Positions 8,727-17,426 of a DNA stretch of 46,156 nt are shown here, piece by piece (within the stretch, counting starts at the first letter, position 1; each line of letters begins with the position of its first letter). Under the pieces are notes generated by a model, which saw only the letters and a list, made by a program, of their open reading frames with translations, was not told where the DNA came from and did not search any database. The DNA is taken from NCBI GenBank assembly GCA_035540635.1, contig DATLGH010000110.1, positions 1-46,156 on the forward strand, in the 5' to 3' direction. Source of the stretch: Egibacteraceae bacterium. Lineage in GTDB: Bacteria; Actinomycetota; Nitriliruptoria; Euzebyales; Egibacteraceae. Position numbers and translations under genes: made by a program.

Positions 8727-8774
8727 GGTCTTGCTCAACGATGGTCTTGCTCAACGATGGTCTTGCTCAACGGT
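8727..8774. repeat. 16-bp tandem repeat GGTCTTGCTCAACGAT x3
   Basis: Read directly from the sequence. The third copy reads ...AACGGT. Confidence 0.7.
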
Positions 8775-8806
8775 CCCAGGACCTGGGACCGTCGCAACCT
8801 GTTCGC

Positions 8807-8977
8807 CTACTTCCTGGCGGACCGGAGGGCGAAGCGCTGGAGGGTCTTGCTCACGTTCTGCACCTTGTGCTTGGTGCGGAGGTGGTCAGCGACCTTGCTC
8901 AGCAGCTCGTCCTCGCTCGAGGCCTTGAAGTGGCCCTTGCAGGTTGCGCCTGCATCCGTTCAGCGGAACTCGGGCAT
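8807..8977 (-). CDS. DUF1059-like small protein with in-frame TGA at codon 6 (candidate selenocysteine; otherwise a nonsense pseudogene)
   Basis: Strong RBS AAAGGGAGGAG lies 7 nt before the ATG at 8977. Translation is MPEFR-TGA-TDAGATCKGHFKASSEDELLSKVADHLRTKHKVQNVSKTLQRFALRSARK. The TGA aligns with the Cys of the in-window paralog at 27903..28076 (MAVQLACADVGVACGAV...). Confidence 0.5.
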
Positions 8978-9030
8978 GTGCTCTGCTCCTCCCTTTGGGA
9001 CTGCCTGTCTCCAAGTCTTACCCCTTGGCG

Positions 9031-9273
9031 TCAGCCCTGCACGCCGAGGGTCTGGTCGAGCGCGACGCGGGCCTCCTCCAGGTTGGAGTAGATCTCGCCG
9101 ATGAGCGGCTCGAGCGGCTCGCCGCCCTGCGCGATCGCGCGGACACCGGCGTTGATCGTGCCGACGGTGAAGTTGACGTGGTTCAGGATGACCGCCACAC
9201 GGATGAGGTAGGCGGCGAGCACCGCGACGGTGGCGAACACGAGCACCAGGACGAACCAGCCTGCGAGTGGCAT
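9031..9273 (-). CDS. small single-pass membrane protein, family A
   Basis: Product MPLAGWFVLVLVFATVAVLAAYLIRVAVILNHVNFTVGTINAGVRAIAQG... Confidence 0.6.
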   Translation of the reverse strand: MPLAGWFVLVLVFATVAVLAAYLIRVAVILNHVNFTVGTINAGVRAIAQGGEPLEPLIGEIYSNLEEARVALDQTLGVQG

Positions 9274-9283
9274 GCGATGCTCC

Positions 9284-9529
9284 TTATCCGAGTTGCTGGA
9301 GGGCCGCGCCGTAGCTCTTGACCCCCGCGGCCACCTGTGCGGTCTGGTCGCGGGTCTCTTCGAGCAGGTCGACCCCGTCGAGGGCGGCGATGAGCAGCAC
9401 GCCGTGCTCGAGCACGTCGTCCGCGTACCGCTTGATCTCCACGATCGGTTCCATGAGGTTGTTCAGCAGGGTGATGACGACCGGGATGACGGCCAGGATG
9501 ATGATGCCGAGTACCCACAACCACAACAT
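9284..9529 (-). CDS. small single-pass membrane protein, family B (EI..YAD..LEHGV motif)
   Basis: Strong RBS GGGAGGAG. Product MLWLWVLGIIILAVIPVVITLLNNLMEPIVEIKRYADDVLEHGV... Paralogous to 28386..28634. Confidence 0.6.
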   Translation of the reverse strand: MLWLWVLGIIILAVIPVVITLLNNLMEPIVEIKRYADDVLEHGVLLIAALDGVDLLEETRDQTAQVAAGVKSYGAALQQLG

Positions 9530-9541
9530 TGTCGCTCCTCC

Positions 9542-9808
9542 CTACCGCACGGCTTGGGCGTAGCGCTGCACGTTCGACGCGATGCGGGGCAGCATCTGGT
9601 TGATCTCCCGCAGCCCCTGGTTCACGCGCTGGACGGGCGGGCCGATCGACAGCACCTGCTCCTCCACGGCGCGCACGCCGAAGGCGACGTTGGCGAGGGT
9701 AGCCGAGATCGACTTCAGCCTCGTGGTGATGACGACGAGGTAGATCGCGAGCACGAGGACGAGGAGGACCACCTCGATGAAGGTCAGGACGACGAGCAAA
9801 CCACTCAT
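9542..9808 (-). CDS. small single-pass membrane protein, family A
   Basis: Internal ATG at 9808 with ATGA overlap. Product MSGLLVVLTFIEVVLLVLVLAIYLVVITTRLKSISATLANVAFGVRAVEEQ... Confidence 0.6.
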   Translation of the reverse strand: MSGLLVVLTFIEVVLLVLVLAIYLVVITTRLKSISATLANVAFGVRAVEEQVLSIGPPVQRVNQGLREINQMLPRIASNVQRYAQAVR

Positions 9809-10077
9809 ACTTGACTCCAGAGCTGATCGTGCCGCTTGATCTCTTCCTTCAGCTTGTCCACGGTGTTGGCCGTGCCCTGCAGCTGCCAGGCCGTCGCGGT
9901 GTTCGCCGCGAGCTTCGTCGCCATCTGCCACACGTCGGCGAGACCGCGGTCGATGTCCTGGACGAACCGCAGCAGCAGGGTGAGGAGGGCGATCACGACG
10001 GCGATGACGACGGCGCCGATGCCGAGCGCCACCGACCACATCGCGATCTCCTGCGGTGCGTACGCGAGAACCCTCAT
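9805..10077 (-). CDS. small single-pass membrane protein, family C
   Basis: Product MRVLAYAPQEIAMWSVALGIGAVVIAVVIALL... ATGA overlaps with both neighbouring genes. Confidence 0.6.
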   Translation of the reverse strand: MRVLAYAPQEIAMWSVALGIGAVVIAVVIALLTLLLRFVQDIDRGLADVWQMATKLAANTATAWQLQGTANTVDKLKEEIKRHDQLWSQV

Positions 10078-10361
10078 GCCTGGGCCTCCAGTGCCTCACG
10101 GGCTTCCGTCGCGCGCTCGAGGATCGCCTTCGCGGTGGCGTTGACGGAGTCGATGTCCCACAGGGGCAGCGTCGTCTGCCGACCCTGGTCGAGGCCGACG
10201 AGGATCTCCTGCGCCTGCTTGGCGATCCGGGCCGCCCGCGACAGGATCGCCGAGACGACGATGACGACGACCCAGACGATGGCGAAACCGATTCCGAGGC
10301 CGAGCCACCACCCGAAAAGGTGCGGCTCGCCAGGGGCGTGCTCAGCTAACGTAACGAGCAT
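10074..10361 (-). CDS. small single-pass membrane protein, family C-like
   Basis: RBS AAGGAG. Product ...LFGWWLGLGIGFAIVWVVVIVVSAIL... Confidence 0.55.
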   Translation of the reverse strand: MLVTLAEHAPGEPHLFGWWLGLGIGFAIVWVVVIVVSAILSRAARIAKQAQEILVGLDQGRQTTLPLWDIDSVNATAKAILERATEAREALEAQA

Positions 10362-10411
10362 TCATCACTCCTTACTGTGCCGGAGGTTTGCCCTCCGACT
10401 ACGATCGACGG

Positions 10412-11011
10412 ATGCGGCGCGTACTCATCTTGTTCGGTGTGGCTTTCGTGGCGGGGCTCGTAGCCGTGGTGGCGGCGACGGCGGGCGAGCGGCTCATCAC
10501 CGGACCCGACGTCGCCGGGCCCCCGGACACGTCGACGGCGGGAGACGGCGAGGCCTTCGCATCCTTCACGGACGAGCGAACCGGCTTCTCGCTGTCCTAC
10601 CCGGCGGACTGGCGCAGGGTCCCCGTCGGGAGCCCCGCGGTCCGCCTGCTCGTCGCGCCACCCGACGGCGACGACTCCATCCTCGTCCGGGTCGTCACGC
10701 TCGAGGCGGACGTGACCGGCGACGATCTTCCCGCCGTACGGACCTTCACCGACCAGCTCGTCCGCGAGGGCGAGACGGTGGAGGTCCTCGGCGACCCGAC
10801 ACGCGTCGAGATCGGGGGCCTGCCGGGCATCCAGTACCTCTACACCTTCGAGGACGCGGAGTCCGGCCGGCAGGGTGTGCACTCCCACTACTTCCTGTTC
10901 GACGGGAGCACGATGTACACGATCGTGCTCCAGGCGCTGCCGGTCGAGCGCTTTGCCGAGCTCGCCCCCGCCTTCCGGGTCGTGATCGACAGCTTCGAGG
11001 TGTCGACCTGA
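10412..11011 (+). CDS. hypothetical secreted or membrane-anchored protein
   Basis: N-terminal hydrophobic segment MRRVLILFGVAFVAGLVAVVAA followed by a beta-rich domain. Confidence 0.6.
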   Translation: MRRVLILFGVAFVAGLVAVVAATAGERLITGPDVAGPPDTSTAGDGEAFASFTDERTGFSLSYPADWRRVPVGSPAVRLLVAPPDGDDSILVRVVTLEADVTGDDLPAVRTFTDQLVREGETVEVLGDPTRVEIGGLPGIQYLYTFEDAESGRQGVHSHYFLFDGSTMYTIVLQALPVERFAELAPAFRVVIDSFEVST

Positions 11012-11051
11012 CCCGGGGCGGGGGCGAGCGGGAGGCACGGTCTGTGGTTCG

Positions 11052-11726
11052 CTAGCTGACGCAGCCGGAGCCCGAGAGCAGGCCCAGGACCACGACGATC
11101 GAGTTGCAGTCGATGGAGGCGGCGTGCCCCAGGATGCTCGGGGTGTTCTCGGTGCCAACCACCTCGATGATGGCGCCCGTGTCGCTCTTGATGCCCTGCC
11201 CGAGGGCGATCACTCCGTCGGCGCGGCTGTTGATGTCCGCGACGCCCTGCTGGATCGAGTGGACGACCGGCAGGAGCGTCGAGAACGTCGCGTGGATGCC
11301 GTTCACGGACTGCTGGATGGCTGCCTCGGACGTGCCGATCGCCAGCACGTTCGGGTTGATCTGCCCGGCAGCCATCTGGTTGATCTGCCCGGCGGTGTCG
11401 AGGATCTGGGTGACGGTGCCGTCGATGCTCCCGGCCGACTCGATCACCTGATCGAGCTGTCCGGACAGGGGCGCCGCCGCGTCGCGGATGGCCGCGGCGC
11501 TCGCGTTGATCTCCTGGGTGAGCGCGACGTGCTCGGTGCCGCTGCCGATGTCGGTGACGAGGTTGCGGATCTCGAAGACCCGCTCGTCGATCGACTGCGC
11601 AGCGACGAGCGTGCCGGTGAGCATCAGCACCGCGGCGAGCGCCCAGGCGATGACGATCACCAGCGCCGCACCGGCGAGCCCTTGCTCGTCGCTGTACAGC
11701 CGCGCGTGAAGTCTCTTCGTGGTCAT
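11052..11726 (-). CDS. membrane-anchored alpha-helical repeat protein (paralog trio, member 3)
   Basis: ATG at 11726 with RBS GGAGG. TM helix followed by I/V/N/T/Q-rich repeats and a C-terminal ...SGSGCVS. The ORF-track N-terminal extension is Arg/His-rich and was rejected. Confidence 0.6.
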   Translation of the reverse strand: MTTKRLHARLYSDEQGLAGAALVIVIAWALAAVLMLTGTLVAAQSIDERVFEIRNLVTDIGSGTEHVALTQEINASAAAIRDAAAPLSGQLDQVIESAGSIDGTVTQILDTAGQINQMAAGQINPNVLAIGTSEAAIQQSVNGIHATFSTLLPVVHSIQQGVADINSRADGVIALGQGIKSDTGAIIEVVGTENTPSILGHAASIDCNSIVVVLGLLSGSGCVS

Positions 11727-11734
11727 GGGGCCTC

Positions 11735-12448
11735 CTAGCACGGACCCGGCGTGGGCAGAGCGGTGCAGATGCTCTCCAGGTGCCGGTCGGTCTGCTGGAG
11801 TCGCGGCACGACGGTGCCCGTGTCGCCCTTGACGCCGGTGAGGATCCCGTTGGCGATGTCGACGCGCATCCAGATGTTCTCCGAGGAGAAGCCCGTGCCG
11901 GCGGGCATGCCGGTGGACTGCGTCGCCTCGAGGGAGGCCAGGATTTGGTTGGCGAGCGACAGCACGGACCTCAGCGTGTCCGACGTGCCGGTGAGGCCGC
12001 CACCGGTCCCGACGAGCGAGCCCGACGTGTTGTTGAGCGACGCGAGCGTGCTCGACAGCGACGCGTCGACCTGCTGGAGCGAGCCGCGGATGGACTGCAG
12101 CTCGCTGATGATGGTCTGCGCCTGCCCCGGCACCGGGACGAGCGACTGGTCGATCGCACCGAGCGAGTCGTTCACCGTCGCGATCTGGTCGGGCAGCGGC
12201 TGGACGTGCCCGCCGACACCGGTGAGGTCCTCGTCGGCGGTCGCCAGCGCGTTGTCGATGGACACGAGCGCGTTGGTGATGCCGATGAGGAACGCGATGA
12301 CGACGAGGACGACGAGGAGACCGATGGTCACCCACACCCACAGCCACCGGGTGGTGCCGGCGGTCTCGACCGCTCCGCTCTGCCCCGACGAGACCTGGGA
12401 TGTGCGGTCGGCGGTCCCGGAGTACCTGCTCTCAAGTTTGGTTGCCAT
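11735..12448 (-). CDS. membrane-anchored alpha-helical repeat protein (paralog trio, member 2)
   Basis: RBS GGTAGGAGG. TM helix WLWVWVTIGLLVVLVVIAFLIGI followed by a repeat domain. Ends ...PTPGPC. Confidence 0.65.
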   Translation of the reverse strand: MATKLESRYSGTADRTSQVSSGQSGAVETAGTTRWLWVWVTIGLLVVLVVIAFLIGITNALVSIDNALATADEDLTGVGGHVQPLPDQIATVNDSLGAIDQSLVPVPGQAQTIISELQSIRGSLQQVDASLSSTLASLNNTSGSLVGTGGGLTGTSDTLRSVLSLANQILASLEATQSTGMPAGTGFSSENIWMRVDIANGILTGVKGDTGTVVPRLQQTDRHLESICTALPTPGPC

Positions 12449-12459
12449 GTTCTTGCCTC

Positions 12460-13143
12460 CTACCTGCCGCCGCCGGCGCAGACGCCCTGACCGGCCATCG
12501 GCCCGAGCAAGAGCTTCGTGTCGATACCGCAGGCAGTGAACTCGATGGACTGCGCGGTCGTGAGGACGTTGCCGGTGTCGTTCTTGATGCCCTGGGCCAA
12601 CCCGAGCGTGCCGTCGAGGCTGGTGTTGATCTGCACGACGTCGGCGTCGATGCGCCGGGCGACGTCGAGGATGGCCGCAGCGGTCTGGTTGATGCCGACC
12701 GCGGTCGCGTCGATGTCCTGCGCGGTCCCGCCGATGCCGCCTGCCGCGGCGGTCTGGTTGATCGTCCCGGCGGACGCCAGGATGCCGCCCGCGGTCGAGT
12801 TGATCGAGCTGGCCAGGCCGTCAACTGCCTGGGCGAGCGCGACGATCTCGGCGAGCAGGCCCTCGAGGGGCTGCGCGGTGTTGAGGATCGAGGCCGCGGT
12901 CTCGTTCGTGCGGTTCAGCTGCACGATGGAGTCCGTGGCGGTGTTGATCCCCGTTCCGGTGGCGGCGATGTTGTCGGCCTTGGCGTTGATGCTCCGCGCG
13001 GTCGACAGCGTCCGCCAGAGGAGCCCTGCGGACACCGCGACGGCGCCGAGGACGACCACCAGGACGAGAACACTCGCGATCTCGACCTGCCCGTGCTGGG
13101 CATGCCGCCGTGCTTTACCTGGTCCCTGTCGGGTCATGCCCAT
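12460..13143 (-). CDS. membrane-anchored alpha-helical repeat protein (paralog trio, member 1)
   Basis: ATG at 13143 (MGMTRQ...) with RBS GGAGG. TM helix followed by N-x-T-rich repeats. Ends ...GQGVCAGGGR. Confidence 0.6.
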   Translation of the reverse strand: MGMTRQGPGKARRHAQHGQVEIASVLVLVVVLGAVAVSAGLLWRTLSTARSINAKADNIAATGTGINTATDSIVQLNRTNETAASILNTAQPLEGLLAEIVALAQAVDGLASSINSTAGGILASAGTINQTAAAGGIGGTAQDIDATAVGINQTAAAILDVARRIDADVVQINTSLDGTLGLAQGIKNDTGNVLTTAQSIEFTACGIDTKLLLGPMAGQGVCAGGGR

Positions 13144-13468
13144 CACTGGACCACCTCCTGGTCTGTGGGAATGTCGTGGTGAGGAATGGTGCTCGTCGCA
13201 ATGTCCTTGAGCTCTCCGGTCAACGCAACCTCCTGGGGGACAGCCGGGCACGACGAGGAGACCGAGCCGGCGAGACCCCACCTCCGCACGAGAGGCGAAC
13301 CCTCACGCAAACTCCGGGCGCTGCACTGTTATGTGGCCCTCCCCTCGATCGGGCCGGACGTACGTGTACCACACACATAGGACCCCTGACTAGTCCCCGG
13401 GCAGCGGAAGGCCAGAAAAGCCCGCCAGGCCCCCCCGAACCCCTGCAGCGGGGTTCAGCCTCAGGGGT

Positions 13469-14272
13469 TCAGCCCAGGAGGGCGGCCGCCCCTGAGCGGC
13501 TCAACCGCTGGTTGGCGAGTCGCAGCGTCCGCGCGGTGTAGGTGACGAGATGGCGCAGGCGGGCGGGCGTGAGCCGTTCGCACATCCAGTCCCAGTGCAG
13601 CGACACCCAGTCGCCGGCCGCCGGCTTCGCGACGAAGGCCAGTCCGCGCTCGGCCCGCGTGGCCGTCTCCAGCCGCCGCGGCCCGAGGCTCAGCGACCGG
13701 CCGTCCCAGCGCAGGGGCCGGCTGCCCACGACGACCTGGTCCCCGCTCGCCGTCACGACCTGTCCCCAGCGGATGCGGCAGCGGTCGAGGACCTCGAGCG
13801 CCTTCTCCCCCTGGACCCCCGCCCCGAGCAGTCCGATCCACGGGTACACGCAGAACACGTGGAAGCTGTGATGGGGCACCCCACCAGCGGGAACGGCCTC
13901 GGCCAGGCGGCCCCACGCCTTGCCCGCCGGGCCCCGGAAGCGGCTCTCGAGGGACCGGCCGAACACGCTCATGTCGACCTGGTCGAGCAGCGGGCTGCCC
14001 ACCCAGTAAGCCTCTCCCACCCGGGGGTCGAGCGGGTCGTCGATCCCCGCAGCCGTGGCGATGAGCTGATAGTAGGGCCACGCGCCGGAGAAGCCCCGGG
14101 CGAGCTCGCGCAGGCCGGGGTCGACGGCTCCGGTCGCCCCGTACTCGAGAAGGGCCCGGTGGTCCGCCGGGCCGCAGTAGCCGCGGGCGTTCGGCGGGTA
14201 GGCGTACCGGGCGAACAGCAGGGCCCCGGCGTTGCCCGGTGCCGTGGATGTCGGAGCCATGGTGGGACCCAT
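13469..14272 (-). CDS. hypothetical protein (start uncertain; the ORF extends to 14332)
   Basis: ORF with a GC3 bias. No recognised motifs. Confidence 0.5.
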   Translation of the reverse strand: MGPTMAPTSTAPGNAGALLFARYAYPPNARGYCGPADHRALLEYGATGAVDPGLRELARGFSGAWPYYQLIATAAGIDDPLDPRVGEAYWVGSPLLDQVDMSVFGRSLESRFRGPAGKAWGRLAEAVPAGGVPHHSFHVFCVYPWIGLLGAGVQGEKALEVLDRCRIRWGQVVTASGDQVVVGSRPLRWDGRSLSLGPRRLETATRAERGLAFVAKPAAGDWVSLHWDWMCERLTPARLRHLVTYTARTLRLANQRLSRSGAAALLG

Positions 14273-14453
14273 GTTCGTCTCGCCGTCCTCTCCCCGCGAC
14301 CTCGGGCTGAAAGGAGCCCGAGAAGCCTCCACGTCAACTATATGCGGCTAACATGGAGCGCAGCGTTACTAGTCCCCCCGGAGCAGCCGCGAAGGCCTGT
14401 GCGAAGGGGTGGCGACCAGTACGATGGATGTCCCAACCCGCGGAGGACCACGT

Positions 14454-14732
14454 ATGTGTCTCGGCATTCCCGGCAAGATCGTGGAGCTGGTCGACCCCGA
14501 CAACGGGATCGCCAAGGCGGACGTGAACGGGGTGCGCCGCAACGTCTCCATCCAGCTCATCCCCAAGGAAGAAGGCGGCGTCGAGGTCGGTGACTGGGTC
14601 CTGATCCACGTCGGCTTCGCGATGTCGAAGATCGACGAGCAGGAGGCCGAGGACACCTTCCGGTTCCTCGAGCAGCTCGGTGCCATGTACGAGGAGGAGC
14701 TCTCCGACCTCGCCAAGAGCGACATCGAGTAG
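14454..14732 (+). CDS. hypC: hydrogenase maturation factor HypC/HupF
   Basis: Starts MCLGIPGKIVE (the canonical MC(L)xIP N-terminus) after RBS GGAGGA. Carries ...VGDWVLIHVGFAM. Confidence 0.85.
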   Translation: MCLGIPGKIVELVDPDNGIAKADVNGVRRNVSIQLIPKEEGGVEVGDWVLIHVGFAMSKIDEQEAEDTFRFLEQLGAMYEEELSDLAKSDIE

Positions 14733-14742
14733 GAGGCTCACT

Positions 14743-15369
14743 GTGAGCCAGCAGTCGACGGCAATGGTGCGGTCGGCGATCGATGACGCGAGAGCCCGCC
14801 GGCGGGCACCCGGCGAGGCGGTGGCGGCCGAAGCCGAGCGCGTTGCGCGAGCCTGCCACGCGATGGCGGCGCGCTTCCACCAGGGCGGCAAGCTCGTCGG
14901 CTTCGGCAACGGCGGCACGACCTCGGACGCCCAGCACGTGTCGGTGGAGTTCGTGCACCCCGTCATCGTGGGCAAGCGCGCCCTGCCGGGGATCTCGCTC
15001 ACCAGCGACGTCGCGACGATCACCGGCGTGGCCAACGACGAGGGCTTCACCGAGGTCTTCGCCCACCAGCTGCGCTACCTCGCCAACCCCGAGGACATCG
15101 CGCTGGGGGTCTCCTCCGACGGGCGGTGCGCGAACGTCCTGCGGGGCCTCCAGGTCGCCAAGGAGCGCGGGCTGCTCACCGTCGCGCTCGTCGGCGGTGA
15201 CGGCGGGCCGATCGCCGCGGATCCCGCCGTCGACCACGTGCTCCTCGCCAGGTCCCCCGATCCCCGTGTCGTGAAGGAGGTCCACGTGACCCTCTACCAC
15301 ATCCTGTGGGAGCTGGTGCACGTGTTCTTCGAGCAGCCGGGCGTGCTGAGCCCCGAGGTCCTGCGGTGA
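14743..15369 (+). CDS. SIS-domain protein (GmhA/DiaA-like), paralog 1
   Basis: GTG start with RBS GGAGG. Contains the GFGNGGTTSDAQH motif. Confidence 0.75.
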   Translation: MSQQSTAMVRSAIDDARARRRAPGEAVAAEAERVARACHAMAARFHQGGKLVGFGNGGTTSDAQHVSVEFVHPVIVGKRALPGISLTSDVATITGVANDEGFTEVFAHQLRYLANPEDIALGVSSDGRCANVLRGLQVAKERGLLTVALVGGDGGPIAADPAVDHVLLARSPDPRVVKEVHVTLYHILWELVHVFFEQPGVLSPEVLR

Positions 15370-15614
15370 GCACCGATCCGATCCCTCTCGGCACGCAGCT
15401 CCCGCCGCCCGTCCCCGAGTGCTACGGAGACGTCTGCATCACGTGCTCCGACGAGGCGGTGGAGGTGACGGTCCTCGAGATGCTCGACGACGGGCTCGCC
15501 CGGGTGGACACCGGTGAGAGCGTCGAGGTGGTGAGCGTCATGCTCGTCGACGCCGAGGTCGGCGCTCGCATCCTCGTGCACGCCAAAGAAGCCATCGTCC
15601 GTCTGGAGGACTGA
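15366..15614 (+). CDS. HypC/HupF-family-like protein lacking the canonical N-terminal Cys (CITC instead)
   Basis: GTGA overlap with the upstream gene. Segment ARVDTGESVEVVSVMLVDAEVGARILVHAKEAI resembles the HypC beta-barrel C-terminal region. Confidence 0.45.
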   Translation: MSTDPIPLGTQLPPPVPECYGDVCITCSDEAVEVTVLEMLDDGLARVDTGESVEVVSVMLVDAEVGARILVHAKEAIVRLED

Positions 15615-15615
15615 G

Positions 15616-16305
15616 GTGGACGCCGACGACCAGGTCGGGGGCATCGAGGCCCTCTACCCCTTCCTCTACGCCGACGCGTCCAACGTCGACGCCGTGCTCG
15701 CCGAGGTGCGCCGCTCCACGGTGGCCAAGGCCGCCGAGATCGTGGCGCTGCGCGAGGAGGTCTTCGACCTCCACGCCGAGCGGCTCGTCGCCTGCGCCGA
15801 GGCGATGGCCGCCTCCTTTGCCGCCGGCGGCAGGCTCTTCGCGTTCGGCAACGGCGGTTCGAGCACGGACGCCCAGGACGTCGTCAACACCTTCCTCCAC
15901 CCCGGCCTCCCCACCGGACCGGCCGTCCGTCCGCTGCCGGCGCTGTCGCTCACCGGCGACGTGGCCGTGCTGACGGCCCTGTCCAACGACGTCGGGTTCG
16001 ACGTCGTCTACGCTCGGCAGATCGCCGCCTTCTCCCGCGCCGGCGACATCGCGTTCGGGCTGTCGACGAGCGGCGGGTCGGCGAACGTGCTGCGGGCGTT
16101 CGACGAGGCCTCGCGACGCGGCCTCGTCACCGTGGGGCTCGCCGGCTACGACGGGGGCCAGATGGCTGACGCCGACACCATCGACTACCTGTTCGTTGTG
16201 CCGTCCTCCTCGGTGCACCGCATCCAGGAGGCCCAGACCACGCTGTACCACGTCCTGTGGGAACTCACCCAGACGGCCCTGGAAGGGCGAGGAGCGAAGC
16301 TATGA
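15616..16305 (+). CDS. SIS-domain protein, paralog 2
   Basis: Contains FAFGNGGSSTDAQD. Confidence 0.75.
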   Translation: MDADDQVGGIEALYPFLYADASNVDAVLAEVRRSTVAKAAEIVALREEVFDLHAERLVACAEAMAASFAAGGRLFAFGNGGSSTDAQDVVNTFLHPGLPTGPAVRPLPALSLTGDVAVLTALSNDVGFDVVYARQIAAFSRAGDIAFGLSTSGGSANVLRAFDEASRRGLVTVGLAGYDGGQMADADTIDYLFVVPSSSVHRIQEAQTTLYHVLWELTQTALEGRGAKL

Positions 16306-17426
16306 AGTTCGTCGACGAGTACCGCGACGCCGAGATCGCCAAGCGCCTGGCGAAGGAGATCGCCGAGCTCGCGGGGTCTCGGGAGTACAAGTTCATGGAG
16401 GTGTGCGGGGGTCACACGCACACCATCTACCGCCACGGCCTCGAGGACTACCTGCCCGAGAACGTGCACCTCATCCACGGCCCCGGCTGTCCCGTCTGCG
16501 TGATCCCGATGGGGCGGGTCGACGACGCGATCGCCATCGCCGAGCAGGACGACGTCATCATGACCTCGTTCGGCGACATGATGCGCGTGCCCGGCGGACG
16601 CGGCTCGTTCTTCGACTCGAACGCCGCCGGGGCGGACATCCGCATGGTGTACTCCCCGCTCGACGCGCTGAAGATCGCGCGCAACAACCGTGACAAGCGC
16701 GTCGTGTTCATGGCGATCGGCTTCGAGACCACGGCCCCCTCGACCGCGGCGACCGTGCTGCGTGCGGCCGCCGAGGGCCTCGACAACTTCTCCATCTTCT
16801 GCAACCACGTGACGATCATCCCGGCGATCAAGGCGATCCTCGACTCACCGGACCTGCGCCTCGACGGCTTCATCGGACCCGGCCACGTGTCGACGGTGAT
16901 CGGCTGCCGCCCCTACGAGTTCATTCCCCGGGACTACGGCAAGCCGATCGTCTGCTCAGGCTTCGAGCCGCTCGACATCCTCCAGGGCGTCTACATGATC
17001 CTCAAGCAGATCCAGGAGGGCCGCTCGGAGGTGGAGAACCAGTACAGCCGCGTGGTGCCCTGGGACGGCAACCGCCGTGCCCTCGAGGTCATCGGCCGCA
17101 CGATGGAGCTCCGCCCGTACTTCGAGTGGCGCGGGCTCGGCTTCATCTCCCAGTCGGCGATGCAGGTCCGCGAGGAGTACGCCGCCTTCGACGCCGAGCG
17201 CGTCTTCGACGTCCCCGGGGTCCGCGTGGCCGACCCGAAGGCCTGCCAGTGCGGTGAGGTCCTGAAGGGTGTGCTGAGGCCGTGGGAGTGCAAGGTGTTC
17301 GGCACCGCGTGCACACCGGAGACCCCGATCGGCACCTGCATGGTGTCGAGCGAGGGCGCCTGCGCCGCGTACTACAACTTCGGGCGCTTTACGCGTGAGC
17401 GCGTCCGGGAGGCGACCGTCACATGA
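16302..17426 (+). CDS. hypD: hydrogenase maturation factor HypD
   Basis: MKFVDEYRD...EVCGGHTH...GPGCPVCV carries the HypD CGxH and GPGCPVC motifs. Confidence 0.9.
   Translation: MKFVDEYRDAEIAKRLAKEIAELAGSREYKFMEVCGGHTHTIYRHGLEDYLPENVHLIHGPGCPVCVIPMGRVDDAIAIAEQDDVIMTSFGDMMRVPGGRGSFFDSNAAGADIRMVYSPLDALKIARNNRDKRVVFMAIGFETTAPSTAATVLRAAAEGLDNFSIFCNHVTIIPAIKAILDSPDLRLDGFIGPGHVSTVIGCRPYEFIPRDYGKPIVCSGFEPLDILQGVYMILKQIQEGRSEVENQYSRVVPWDGNRRALEVIGRTMELRPYFEWRGLGFISQSAMQVREEYAAFDAERVFDVPGVRVADPKACQCGEVLKGVLRPWECKVFGTACTPETPIGTCMVSSEGACAAYYNFGRFTRERVREATVT

Noticed and set aside
8757-9104. 115-aa plus-strand ORF
   Set aside because: It is antisense to the DUF1059-like gene, which has a strong RBS. 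Its composition is odd (SSSSS, RRGSGRARRG).
9811-11055. 414-aa plus-strand ORF and 10346..11158 minus-strand ORF
   Set aside because: They overlap the small membrane protein genes and the 10412 gene on the opposite strand or frame. They are Arg/His-rich.
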